Below, piece after piece: positions 15,568 to 25,000 of a stretch of 28,362 nt of DNA. Within the stretch, counting starts at the first letter, position 1, and each line of letters opens with the position of its first letter. The notes beneath the pieces are model-generated. The model was not told the DNA's origin, did not search any database, and saw only the letters and a program-made list of their open reading frames with translations. Source of the stretch: a virus (Duplodnaviria > Caudoviricetes); the IMG/VR virus record IMGVR_UViG_3300030095_001066, positions 1 through 28,362 of that record, one strand, 5' to 3'. The translations under genes and the position numbers were made by a program.

Positions 15568-16716
15568 TCATTGCTGTAGTCGAACTAATTTTCGTCTTGC
15601 AGTGTCTTTCATTTGTTCAGTAGCAGAGTCACTATTAATTGTTCGTGTTAAAGCATTTATTCTGTTTTGATTAAAAGGTTCTACAATTTGTTCAGCTGTA
15701 GGTAAAGTTACTTCTCCTTCTATAGACAACTTAAGATTACCTTCTTCTGTTCTACTTACAAAAGGTTCTATACCTTCATCTATATCTGCTCCACTAATTT
15801 CTAAATCTACTATTTCTTGAATTAATTCATCTTCTGTTTTTAATTCTTCTGAAAGGTCTTTTACTTGAGAATTTACAACTGGACCAGCATCTGACTCCAT
15901 CATAGAATCCATCTTATTAGTTCCTATTTCTTTTTCAAACTTTACTTTACGTTGATTTCTTTCTTGTTGTACAATGTTTAAACCAGCTGAAAGAGGATTC
16001 TTCACTTGATTGTCTAAATTTTTTATCTCTGATTCTAACTCTAATAATCTTTCAGAATATGTTAATAAATCTTGTTCTAATAATTTTTTTTCATCTTCAC
16101 CTATTTCTGGTGGTTGACCATCTGAAGGTCTTAAGATTGCATTATCAAATGCTTCTATGTCAGCTGCAGCATTTCCTGCTGATTCTCTAAGACGTTGCCT
16201 TTCTGATTCTTTTGCTACTTTCTGTACATTCAACGCATTTATAAATTCTAAGTTTTGAAATTTTTTCATAGCCTCAGTTGCCACACCATCTACTGTTTCT
16301 AGGTAAAAACTATCTGGATTATTTTTAATTTTTTCCCATCCAGAAACAATTTCTCTCCAATCTGAAGTTGTTGGGTCTATTGTTTGCATATCTTGTAAAA
16401 TTATTTTTTCTGAATTGCTAGTAACCCTATCATATTTACCATCCATAGCTGCAACAATTTCATTTAATTCCATTACGCTTGCAAGTTCTCTTTTATCTGA
16501 AAGATAAGGAAATTGTTTTTCATACTTTAAATACAATTCATAGTTGTCACGTTTAGCTTTTTGTTCTAATTGTTTTTCAGCAATTCTTTCTTGTGCTTCT
16601 ATCTGTGCACGCTCTAATCTATCTCTTGTAGTGCCAAATATAGAGTCAACGATATTAGTGCTTGGCTCTTTATAACTAACATTTATATCTCTAGTTAATC
16701 CTTTTCCGTTAGCCAT
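15568..16716 (-). CDS. Putative internal virion protein (382 aa, acidic coiled coil)
   Basis: Synteny and composition; TAATG coupling. Confidence 0.55.
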   Translation of the reverse strand: MANGKGLTRDINVSYKEPSTNIVDSIFGTTRDRLERAQIEAQERIAEKQLEQKAKRDNYELYLKYEKQFPYLSDKRELASVMELNEIVAAMDGKYDRVTSNSEKIILQDMQTIDPTTSDWREIVSGWEKIKNNPDSFYLETVDGVATEAMKKFQNLEFINALNVQKVAKESERQRLRESAGNAAADIEAFDNAILRPSDGQPPEIGEDEKKLLEQDLLTYSERLLELESEIKNLDNQVKNPLSAGLNIVQQERNQRKVKFEKEIGTNKMDSMMESDAGPVVNSQVKDLSEELKTEDELIQEIVDLEISGADIDEGIEPFVSRTEEGNLKLSIEGEVTLPTAEQIVEPFNQNRINALTRTINSDSATEQMKDTARRKLVRLQQ

Positions 16717-17885
16717 TAGTAGTTCCCTCCTTGCTGGTTTTCTAATATAGATGTAATAAAGTCAGTCACTTGTTGTTGAGAAGGATATGCAGTATTAGTT
16801 CCATAGTATTCATTAATATAATCTTGTACATTTGCAATTTGTGAATCATTTAAATTGAAGTTTTCATATTGTTGTGAATAGTTTGGAGCAGTTATCACTT
16901 CGTTTGCACCACCTGTTCCACCTTTTAAGTATTGTCCTAAGTCTACATTAGCATCAAGTAAATCATTTCTAGCAGATGATAAACCAGATTTAAGAGTATC
17001 TATTGTTCCTGATAATAAACTATCTAACGATGATACATATTGTCCTTCAGCTCCCATTAGTTGACCTTGTAATACATCTTCTAATGTTTCTCTTGCTTGT
17101 TGTTGTCTAACACCTTGTCTACCACCCATTAATCCAGAAGTGCTAGATTGTGCATTCATATCTAATAAAGTTCTTGCTTCGTTTGATGCTCCAGTTGCTA
17201 CATCCCCAAGCATCATACTTCTTCCCTCTTGAAGGTTTCTTAGTTTTTCTCCAGTTCCCTGAAAGTAATCTCCAAATTGTTCTACGACTCCCATCTCTAA
17301 TAAGGTGTCACGTAATCCATCTTTATTAGTTCTTACATCTGAGATGTTAAAACCCATTAAGGCTCCTATTTCGTCTACATCTAACTTAAAGTCAGATAAA
17401 AAGGTTTTATATTGGTCTGCTTCATTAGGACTTAACCCAGAAAGAAACGAAGAAAATAAATCTGATGTCGGTGTAAAGAATGAACTACTATCTGGTGCTC
17501 CACCAGGCAAGGTTCCCATCATACCACCTGAAGTATCAGATGTTTGTTGCCCTCCTGTTTGGTCTGGGTCAATAGAAAAATTATTTCCAAATCCAAACAT
17601 TTCAGATGAGTTTTGTAACCCTTGATTTTGCATTTGATTTTGATAAAAACTAGGAGCACCAGCTTGTACTGGCCCTGATTGATTCATTGAAGATAAAGGT
17701 TGTTGGAATCCTTGCATTGCAACCTCTGAGGTTTGTCCTATTTGATTGTCTAAGTCTGTATTAAAAGATTGCATACCACCGAAAGGTTTCATCCCTTCCA
17801 TAGGATTTAAATTCATTTTTTTATTTCTTTCTTTTAACTTTTCAAGAGGAGCAACACCTAATAAGCTTTTTAAATTTATTGCCAT
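16716..17885 (-). CDS. Putative internal virion / DNA-pilot-like protein (389 aa, G/Q/S-rich)
   Basis: Synteny and composition. Confidence 0.55.
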   Translation of the reverse strand: MAINLKSLLGVAPLEKLKERNKKMNLNPMEGMKPFGGMQSFNTDLDNQIGQTSEVAMQGFQQPLSSMNQSGPVQAGAPSFYQNQMQNQGLQNSSEMFGFGNNFSIDPDQTGGQQTSDTSGGMMGTLPGGAPDSSSFFTPTSDLFSSFLSGLSPNEADQYKTFLSDFKLDVDEIGALMGFNISDVRTNKDGLRDTLLEMGVVEQFGDYFQGTGEKLRNLQEGRSMMLGDVATGASNEARTLLDMNAQSSTSGLMGGRQGVRQQQARETLEDVLQGQLMGAEGQYVSSLDSLLSGTIDTLKSGLSSARNDLLDANVDLGQYLKGGTGGANEVITAPNYSQQYENFNLNDSQIANVQDYINEYYGTNTAYPSQQQVTDFITSILENQQGGNY

Positions 17886-18670
17886 TATTCTGTACCTCTA
17901 CCTTTCAAGTCAAATTGATTTTGTTCCAAGAAACGTAAGAGAGCTGCAGTAGCATCTTCTGGCATATTTTGTTGAGTTGTTTTATCAATATAGGAAGTTG
18001 GGTCTGATAAATAATCTCCAGCTTCTCCCATAAATGATTGGAATAAACTGTCACTTTTAAAACCTTCTGGATTTTCTAAATACTCATCACTAAATACATC
18101 AAATCCTTCTACATCTTCAAACATAGGAAAATTTTCTCCCTTTTTAAATACATTTAGTGGATTAAACTTTTCTTTAAAAGAGTCAAACTTATCTTTATAT
18201 TTTTCAGTAGCATCTTTAAACTCATCACTCTTCATTACTTCACTAATAATTATATCTAGTCCCATACTTTTAAGACTGTTACTAGCTTTCATATCTTCGG
18301 TTGATTCTCTTAGAGCGTCTTTTACATTTCTGCTAATCTCATCTCCCTTTGTTTTAAGATACTTTAGTTTTGTTGTATTAATTCCTGGAGATGAAAGCAA
18401 AGTGCTTCTTTTTTTATCGTCTACTAAAGCTGCAGTAGCATCAAAAATTAAATCATCGAATTTATTAGGAGTAAGTTTTGTTATAAACTTAGCAGCTTTT
18501 CTTACAAAACCTTGGCTTTTAGTATTTTTTAATTTATTAAGTTTGTTTTGTACCATTTTTTCTATCATAATGGTATCTTCAGTTCTTAGTTTTAAAAGTT
18601 GTAAAAGATTATTTTCTTTAGCTGTACTAAATTTAGTTTGATTTTGATATGTTCCTCGTGCATTATACAT
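17885..18670 (-). CDS. Hypothetical protein, probably virion-associated (261 aa)
   Basis: First gene of the coupled internal-protein operon. Confidence 0.6.
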   Translation of the reverse strand: MYNARGTYQNQTKFSTAKENNLLQLLKLRTEDTIMIEKMVQNKLNKLKNTKSQGFVRKAAKFITKLTPNKFDDLIFDATAALVDDKKRSTLLSSPGINTTKLKYLKTKGDEISRNVKDALRESTEDMKASNSLKSMGLDIIISEVMKSDEFKDATEKYKDKFDSFKEKFNPLNVFKKGENFPMFEDVEGFDVFSDEYLENPEGFKSDSLFQSFMGEAGDYLSDPTSYIDKTTQQNMPEDATAALLRFLEQNQFDLKGRGTE

Positions 18671-18686
18671 AAATGTATTCCCTAGG

Positions 18687-18757
18687 TGTTTGGGTTAAAT
18701 TTACAAATTTGTCGTCAGTCAAGTCAAGAACTACGACAGTAAATACCCTATTAGTGT
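18687..18757 (-). promoter_or_regulatory. Putative sigma70-type promoter (TTGACT-N18-TAAATT) with upstream near-palindrome ACCCTATTAGTGT
   Basis: Lies in a 104-bp intergenic gap; the palindrome resembles 22398-22410. Confidence 0.4.
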
Positions 18758-18774
18758 TTGTATTATTATTCATA

Positions 18775-19161
18775 TTACGGTATTAATATTTTTCCTGCGT
18801 TGCTACCAGTTGTAATTATTTGAGTTTCTCCACTTGCAACCGAATCTCCGTCTTCTGCTAATTTTATAAATGCTTTTTTTCCAGAACCAGCTCCAATCCT
18901 AACTCCTTCTTTAATAATTTTAATAGCGTCTCTTTGAGGTTTCTTTATATCAGAAAACTTTGCAAATGTTTTTAATTCTTGTACTTCTGGACTACTATAC
19001 TCTAGTTCAAATATTTTACCAAATTCTTTTCGTATTACTTTTAGTCTTCCTTTGTGGTATTGTAATATCTCTTCACCATTTTTCATTTGATTAACAGATA
19101 CAGGTCCACGTTTAACTTGTTTGCTTGTTCCAGATACTGCTCTTCCTTTAACTAGTGTCAT
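18775..19161 (-). CDS. Hypothetical protein (128 aa)
   Basis: TAATG-coupled to the tail tubular gene. Confidence 0.7.
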   Translation of the reverse strand: MTLVKGRAVSGTSKQVKRGPVSVNQMKNGEEILQYHKGRLKVIRKEFGKIFELEYSSPEVQELKTFAKFSDIKKPQRDAIKIIKEGVRIGAGSGKKAFIKLAEDGDSVASGETQIITTGSNAGKILIP

Positions 19162-21341
19162 TATCTTACCCCCCTAGACCTATAGACTATTGCTATATCT
19201 TGTATTTCAAAATCAGCTTGTGCATCTCCTGCTATCTTTATCTGCAATGACTTCTTTTTAACCCTAGAGCCACTGGCTACTTGAAACTTTGTAGTTACCA
19301 TTGAACTACTTGTTGAAAATGTATTAGAATCAAAGATATTTGTTGTTGGTGCAGCACCTTCAAACCCACCAGTAATAACTAAATCATCTGCATTCTTATG
19401 TGTTACATAAACTGAATAAAACTTTTTATCTACTGAAGGTTCTCCTAAGTCAATCTCTCCAGTTTGTATATCTATTGTTTGTGCTTGCGGAGATGTGTCA
19501 AATCTTTTAACGGTATACACGTCATTACTACCTGCTCCAGCAGTTGTTCCTGTGGTTAATTCCATACATACTAGCTCTTGGTTGTAAGTAACTAAGTTAG
19601 TTGTCTTCTTACTTACTAAAGTGTTAGTATCATTTATATTAACAAAAGACTTTGTTGCAATGTCATATATATATCCTTTACTGTCAGTAGAACTAGAGTC
19701 TCCTATAACTAGTATTTGATTTTTCTTAGGAATAAATCCAACAGCACAGTTCGTTCCAACAATATTTGTTGCCCATGTATCTTCATCTATAGCTCCACTT
19801 AACGTAGATATGGTATCTGAAAAGCTAAACATTCCATTTTCATTTACCCATACTAATCCTAAATCTGATTTACATACAGCTGCAGGATGGCTGATACCTC
19901 TGTTTTCAAACTCTCCTTCTACATACCAACCAGCATCAGAACCAGATGCAATATTAATAATAAATAGTTTATTCTTTTTGTATACAAATAATCTATCTGA
20001 GAACTCTATAATTTTAACTATAGCGTCACCATCGTTTGTTCCTACATCTAAGTAATATGTCTGTGGAAACGTATCATACTTTCTAACAGGAGTATATTGT
20101 ATTCTATCTCCCATTTCTTTTGTTACGCCTTCGTCATTCACATACAATACATTACCTACAAATGCTCTTTGATTAGCAACAGTAGCTGTCTTATATGAAA
20201 ATGCTTCAACTCCATTGAATGTAATAGCTTTTTCTTCTGGTGCAAATCCGTTAATAGTAGAATAGGTATCTAATCCAGGTGATTTGATAGAATAGGCTCT
20301 AGCATCGGTCTCACTGTTATTGGTGTCATTGGTTACCACATACCCTGATTTGTTTATAAAGGCATCATATTCATCCGCTAAGGACAATCTAGAACCTTTC
20401 TCAAAGTTAACATCAAGTAACAATCTATATTCATCATCTGGATTATTAAAATTCTTTGCATATATTCTCATTCCTTGTAAAAAAGAATTTAAACTATCAT
20501 CTTTAATAGACATACTAGCTATAAAGTATTGAGCATCTGCAATAGAAATAGGGTCTGCTATATTAGTTAACAATGATTCTTGTCCACCAAAATATACATA
20601 GCTAACTCCAATAGCATAGTTTCCTTCTGGCCATAGTCCATCTGTTTTAGAACTACTAGAGCTCATTTCAATTCTAAAATCATCCCCAGAAGCAGGGTCT
20701 ACCCCATCTTCTACATTAGAAGCAGGGTCTACTGGTGCATGAAATGCTCCAGAGTTTAAGGTAAAGTCTGCAGCATCTGGTGCTATCAACCCTCCATTAT
20801 AAAATTTCATTTGGTCTGTTACTGCTGCCGCATAAACATCTGGGTGGTCATCATTAGTCCTTTCAATCCTAGCTAATACTATCTGTTCGTTTCCTGTATT
20901 ACCAAAGTCTGAATCTGCTATGCGTAATCCACCATCAGCATAATAATATACTGGTTGTGCGTCTGTTGCACTACCTGAAGCTAGTAAAGTAGCAGAATCA
21001 AATACTGCTGCACTACCAAATGTAGCACTAGTGCTTAAAAACACCTCTCCCTTTGGAGATGTGTAAGCTAGATATTCTGCAGCTGCGGCTCCACCGCCTG
21101 GTGTGATGTCACTACTAAACTTAAACAATCCATATCCTGGTTGTATTGCAGCGTCACCATCATCTGTTAAGGTAAATGAACTACTAAGGTTGGCAAGCTT
21201 TCCAGTGGTAATTATCTTACCTAGGTGCCCTACATTTACATTAGTAGCTTCTGCTAAGAAGCCTTGTTGTAAGTCTTTAGCAGAGTTTTTATTATTAAGC
21301 CCTGCGTCAAACCTTGCAATATTAAATGCTTGTTTTGCCAT
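19161..21341 (-). CDS. Tail tubular / nozzle protein (T7 gp12 / P22 gp10-like)
   Basis: 726 aa, beta-rich, N-terminal FDAGLN motif, located upstream of the internal proteins. Confidence 0.65.
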   Translation of the reverse strand: MAKQAFNIARFDAGLNNKNSAKDLQQGFLAEATNVNVGHLGKIITTGKLANLSSSFTLTDDGDAAIQPGYGLFKFSSDITPGGGAAAAEYLAYTSPKGEVFLSTSATFGSAAVFDSATLLASGSATDAQPVYYYADGGLRIADSDFGNTGNEQIVLARIERTNDDHPDVYAAAVTDQMKFYNGGLIAPDAADFTLNSGAFHAPVDPASNVEDGVDPASGDDFRIEMSSSSSKTDGLWPEGNYAIGVSYVYFGGQESLLTNIADPISIADAQYFIASMSIKDDSLNSFLQGMRIYAKNFNNPDDEYRLLLDVNFEKGSRLSLADEYDAFINKSGYVVTNDTNNSETDARAYSIKSPGLDTYSTINGFAPEEKAITFNGVEAFSYKTATVANQRAFVGNVLYVNDEGVTKEMGDRIQYTPVRKYDTFPQTYYLDVGTNDGDAIVKIIEFSDRLFVYKKNKLFIINIASGSDAGWYVEGEFENRGISHPAAVCKSDLGLVWVNENGMFSFSDTISTLSGAIDEDTWATNIVGTNCAVGFIPKKNQILVIGDSSSTDSKGYIYDIATKSFVNINDTNTLVSKKTTNLVTYNQELVCMELTTGTTAGAGSNDVYTVKRFDTSPQAQTIDIQTGEIDLGEPSVDKKFYSVYVTHKNADDLVITGGFEGAAPTTNIFDSNTFSTSSSMVTTKFQVASGSRVKKKSLQIKIAGDAQADFEIQDIAIVYRSRGVR

Positions 21342-21362
21342 TAGTTTATTCCTATTATTTTT

Positions 21363-21626
21363 TTATCGTTTGGCATATTCGTATAATTCTTTACATCCTT
21401 TTACAGATAGTTCTACCATATAACTTGTGATTAAAAACAGTAATACTATTCCTACTGCTAACACCATAAGAAAGAATGAAACAGCAAGTGTGAGCGTGTA
21501 GGCTAAAGCCGATACACACTCCACAACCCATTGCTGTAAGCTTTTAGATGTTTTAGATTGCACCTTTTGGTCAAGACTGTTAAAAACAGATTCTAAATCT
21601 TTGGCCAACTTACTTAATGTTTGCAT
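21363..21626 (-). CDS. Membrane protein (87 aa, long hydrophobic segment)
   Basis: ORF 21363..21647 re-started at ATG 21626, TAATG-coupled to the upstream micro-ORF. Confidence 0.55.
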   Translation of the reverse strand: MQTLSKLAKDLESVFNSLDQKVQSKTSKSLQQWVVECVSALAYTLTLAVSFFLMVLAVGIVLLFLITSYMVELSVKGCKELYEYAKR

Positions 21627-21658
21627 TAACCGCAACCGCATCCACATTCACAATTCAT
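21626..21658 (-). CDS. 10-aa Cys-rich micropeptide MNCECGCGCG
   Basis: AGGAG RBS 6 nt before ATG; its stop overlaps the next start (TAATG). Confidence 0.55.
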   Translation of the reverse strand: MNCECGCGCG

Positions 21659-21667
21659 ATAGTTCTC

Positions 21668-21823
21668 CTATTTCTGTAATGATTTTTTAACTTTTTCCCA
21701 AACTTTATTATCTAGTTTATTAGATGATAGTTCGACTAAATAGTCTCCTACTACTAGTAATATAGAAATTAAAGTTTCTTCGCTTACTACTTTTTTTAAT
21801 AAGCTTGCTATTGTTTTACCCAT
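21668..21823 (-). CDS. Small amphipathic protein (51 aa; SSNKLDNK motif)
   Basis: ORF 21668..21916 re-started at ATG 21823 after AAGGGA. Confidence 0.65.
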   Translation of the reverse strand: MGKTIASLLKKVVSEETLISILLVVGDYLVELSSNKLDNKVWEKVKKSLQK

Positions 21824-21872
21824 TTTCTTATCCCTTCTTCGTTTGTTTATCTTGACCAATTCTAAGTATATC

Positions 21873-22010
21873 TTACTTTCCTTGACCCCTGTATTTCTTT
21901 TTGTAATACGACCCAATTTTAGAACCTCTTTTAGTATTTTTGCTATTCCCTTGCCTTGTTTTCTTTGGTCCGTTGCTTCTTCTTGTTTGAGATACGAAGC
22001 CTTTTCTCAT
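21873..22010 (-). CDS. Small basic protein (45 aa; KKTRQG...KKYRGQGK; not in ORF track)
   Basis: ATGA overlap with the holin stop; the motif is common in small phage proteins. Confidence 0.75.
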   Translation of the reverse strand: MRKGFVSQTRRSNGPKKTRQGNSKNTKRGSKIGSYYKKKYRGQGK

Positions 22011-22378
22011 GCTCTACCTTTTACTTTTTCCCAGCTACGCATTCCTGACATACCAAGAAGACCATATAATAAAGTGGTCATTGTATTCATATCAAAGTTT
22101 GGCAGTTGGATTTCTACACCTCGACTAGCCATAATAAACAATAAAAAGGGTTGTAATATATAATGATAACCAAATGCAGCACATAGAACCCACCCTAGAA
22201 AAGGTCTCCATCCACTTTTAAATACATTATCAGAGCCTGCTTCCACTTCATTTATTTTCATTTGGGCAGCATTCATCTCTCTTAATAGCTCTGCTTTTTC
22301 TGTTTGGTCTAAAGTAAAATCATCTACTCTTCCAGCAACCTTATCCATTACATTGGTTATAACTTTTAATCTACTCAT
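22007..22378 (-). CDS. Holin of the 3TM (GTA holin-like) family
   Basis: SGWRPFLGW...LLGMSGMRSWEK signature with hydrophobic helices. Confidence 0.85.
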   Translation of the reverse strand: MSRLKVITNVMDKVAGRVDDFTLDQTEKAELLREMNAAQMKINEVEAGSDNVFKSGWRPFLGWVLCAAFGYHYILQPFLLFIMASRGVEIQLPNFDMNTMTTLLYGLLGMSGMRSWEKVKGRA

Positions 22379-22397
22379 AATCTTTTCTTCCTAGGGA

Positions 22398-22472
22398 ACC
22401 CTAATAGGGTAACCCTAATACCAGTCCCTTGAAGTAGTCTTCAAAGATAACTGGTTATGACCTTTTTGTCAA
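22398..22472 (-). promoter_or_regulatory. sigma70-type promoter TTGACA-N17-TATCTT with overlapping hairpin and downstream palindrome ACCCTAATAGGGT
   Basis: -35 at 22472-22467 and -10 at 22449-22444; palindrome at 22398-22410. Confidence 0.6.
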
Positions 22473-22484
22473 TGTTTTTTTAAT

Positions 22485-22769
22485 TTATCTACACTTCCAA
22501 CGTCTACGTGCCTGTCTAATTCTTGAATTAGGGTCGTTTCTAGTTGCAGCAGAACTTCTTTTTAGTTGCCCTAAAGACCTTGCACAATAAGACCTTCTTC
22601 TTTTAGCTTTCTTACTACCTGGCTTTACTTTACCAGTAACAGCAGTTTGTAACTTACTTCCAGGGTTTGCTTTTCTATAAGCAGCTACACCTTTTTTAGT
22701 CATCCCTGCACCATCTTTAGTCTTTCTATAGTTAGGACTTTTACCTGTAGTAGTTTTTCTTATAGCCAT
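22485..22769 (-). CDS. Basic conserved phage protein (DUF6321-like; RRRSYCARS...ARRRWKC)
   Basis: Recognisable motif; TAATG coupling. Confidence 0.75.
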   Translation of the reverse strand: MAIRKTTTGKSPNYRKTKDGAGMTKKGVAAYRKANPGSKLQTAVTGKVKPGSKKAKRRRSYCARSLGQLKRSSAATRNDPNSRIRQARRRWKCR

Positions 22770-23050
22770 TATGCTCTTTTCTTATTGTTTTGTTTCATAG
22801 CAAATGTTCTTACGTTTGTTGGCTTACCGCCTACGCCTTGTTTTTTTGCTCTTTTTCTTTGTACAGCACTTTTCTTTTGTGATGCTGACATAGTTGCTGC
22901 CTTAGAAGAAGGTACGCATTTAGGATATTTTCTTTTACTACCCTTTGTTGATGAGCGACCACATTTCTCATGTCCACCACCTTTTTTCTTTGAACCTATA
23001 TCTACCCAGTTCTCACTAAACCACTTCTTAAGACCGCCTTGGTAAGCCAT
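22769..23050 (-). CDS. Basic conserved phage protein (GGLKKWFSENWVD...CGR...YPKCVP; DUF5872-like)
   Basis: Recognisable motif; TAATG coupling. Confidence 0.75.
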   Translation of the reverse strand: MAYQGGLKKWFSENWVDIGSKKKGGGHEKCGRSSTKGSKRKYPKCVPSSKAATMSASQKKSAVQRKRAKKQGVGGKPTNVRTFAMKQNNKKRA

Positions 23051-23211
23051 TAATACTTACCACCACGTTTTTTATATTCTCTTACTAACCAAGCATTTGC
23101 ATATGCAGAAGGATATACATCAAACTTACTCTTTGCTGCTGACTTAACCCTAGAGTATAAAGCTTTATTTTTAGGAGTAGGACTACCTTTACGTTTCTTT
23201 TTCTTAGCCAT
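23050..23211 (-). CDS. Basic conserved phage protein (53 aa; YPSAYANAWLVREYKKRGG; not in ORF track)
   Basis: TAATG-coupled at both ends and fills the gap exactly. Confidence 0.8.
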   Translation of the reverse strand: MAKKKKRKGSPTPKNKALYSRVKSAAKSKFDVYPSAYANAWLVREYKKRGGKY

Positions 23212-24302
23212 TAGTATATCAACCAGTTAAGTCCAACCTTCGATTCGTATGATTGTACGTCATACATCGAAAGAAATCTTCCTTCTAAAAATACTCCAAA
23301 CTTATTAGTAAGCTTCCAACCATATACCATTCCTAAGTCGTAATCCATGCCATTCTCGGCTACTTCATAGTTAAAGGCATAGTCAGACATACCTTTAGTT
23401 ACTGGATAAGCTGTAACCCACATATGCAACCAGTTCTTAGGTGTGTATTTATAATAGTCTGCACCTACTGATAAACTTAGTTCGTTCTGGTATCCTAACT
23501 CTTTTGCATATTCTTCATTATATTGTTTAACAATCTCTCCATAAACTTGTTTATAGAATTGTTCATCTGTATTAGCAACAAGGTTTCCTTCTGCATCATA
23601 CCATTTAAAATCAAAGTAGCTATATCCATATTGTGTGAATTGTTCTACAAACTCATCTGAATAACCATAGAAATATGCAAACTCCCAAAAAGGTGTAGAC
23701 TCTTCTATGTCAATTCCTTGTTCAGCCCACCATAAATCAATAGGTCTAAAGTCTAAGTATGCTGGATGCATTCTACCAGCTACGCCTAATGATAGTGCTA
23801 GATTACCTACATCCTTTTTGTAACGCATATCTAATGCTGCAAACTCTACATCTTCTAATCCTCTGGAATCATAGTTAGCTTTTACTAAAAAATTCTTTCC
23901 CATATATCGTAACATATATTGTTCGTTTACAAACTCTTCTTCAAACTCTTTGTGGTCAGAGTATTGTATTACATACTCCCAGCCAGTAGGTACATTACCA
24001 ATAGCAACACTTTCATTAATAGGTGCTTCATCTCCTGTGTACCAAACTTCTGGTTTATTCTCATAGCCAAACCTTGCTAGTTTTCTAATACCAAATGTCA
24101 TAATAGTGTGGTCATCTAGTTCTTCTTGTAACTCTTGTAATTGCCCACCAGACACTTGATATTGTAATTCTTTAGTTACAGGACTACTAAAGCTATAAGC
24201 ACCATATATAGTGCTAAACTTAAAAAAGTCTTGTGCTGTTAATGCTCCCATAAATAACACGCAACCAAATAATTGTTTAAACCATCTTGCTAAATATATC
24301 AT
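23211..24302 (-). CDS. Putative outer-membrane beta-barrel protein
   Basis: Signal peptide (ALTA-Q), Tyr/Trp-rich alternating strands, C-terminal KVGLNWLIY beta-signal-like end. Confidence 0.7.
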   Translation of the reverse strand: MIYLARWFKQLFGCVLFMGALTAQDFFKFSTIYGAYSFSSPVTKELQYQVSGGQLQELQEELDDHTIMTFGIRKLARFGYENKPEVWYTGDEAPINESVAIGNVPTGWEYVIQYSDHKEFEEEFVNEQYMLRYMGKNFLVKANYDSRGLEDVEFAALDMRYKKDVGNLALSLGVAGRMHPAYLDFRPIDLWWAEQGIDIEESTPFWEFAYFYGYSDEFVEQFTQYGYSYFDFKWYDAEGNLVANTDEQFYKQVYGEIVKQYNEEYAKELGYQNELSLSVGADYYKYTPKNWLHMWVTAYPVTKGMSDYAFNYEVAENGMDYDLGMVYGWKLTNKFGVFLEGRFLSMYDVQSYESKVGLNWLIY

Positions 24303-24700
24303 TGAAACTTCCTTAGTTGTATTTCATCAATTTCATCTTTGATTTCCTTGATGATTTTATTTTTATCTAAATTGAAACTTAATCCAGCTTCAAATCTTTT
24401 TACTTCTTTACCATATTCAAACATAATTATTGTTGGCACAGAAACTATCTTCCACTCATTTGTAATAATTGCACCATATTCTTTGTCGTCTATACTTGCA
24501 TTAAACCATACACAATTATTTAAACCATTTAAATCTAACGATGATTTAAAATTCCAATCTGCATTTACTTGAACTATAACGCATTCATCCTGACTCAATA
24601 ATTGAATCTGTTGTAAATCTTTTAAACTACTTTGAGCATATAAGGGCGATACAGATAAACAAATACCAACCAAATATGAAATACCATATAACCAATTCAT
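24299..24700 (-). CDS. Exported thioredoxin-fold protein lacking CxxC
   Basis: Signal peptide; VQVNADWN in place of WCxxC; IVSVPTIIMFEYGKEVKRF cis-Pro region. Confidence 0.75.
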   Translation of the reverse strand: MNWLYGISYLVGICLSVSPLYAQSSLKDLQQIQLLSQDECVIVQVNADWNFKSSLDLNGLNNCVWFNASIDDKEYGAIITNEWKIVSVPTIIMFEYGKEVKRFEAGLSFNLDKNKIIKEIKDEIDEIQLRKFQ

Positions 24701-24709
24701 CTCTGTACC

Positions 24710-25000
24710 TCACTTTTGCATTAACATACGTTCTATGTTTTTAACGTCTGTACGCATTTCTTTTTGTTCTTCTTTAATTTCCTGTACATCTTTTTCAGTT
24801 TCAATGATTGTGTTTCTAATCATTTGGTCCTTTAAGTCGTACTCAGTTCTACCTATTGGAGGTTCAGGTAATTCTTTTGCTTCTTTAATATCTGCTTGTA
24901 ATGTAAACCACATACCTACTACTAACACTAAAGTAGTTGCTAATGATATTAATGTTTCTAAACTTAATGTAAATTTACTGTCTTTACTCAGTTCTGCCAC
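24710..25000 (-). CDS. Single-pass membrane protein with C-terminal coiled coil (96 aa)
   Basis: One hydrophobic helix, a Pro linker and heptad repeats. Confidence 0.75.
   Translation of the reverse strand: MAELSKDSKFTLSLETLISLATTLVLVVGMWFTLQADIKEAKELPEPPIGRTEYDLKDQMIRNTIIETEKDVQEIKEEQKEMRTDVKNIERMLMQK

Noticed and set aside
22394-22422. GGGAAC on the + strand in the late arm as an early-type promoter
   Set aside because: No matching -10; it is part of the ACCCTA/TAGGGT palindrome cluster.
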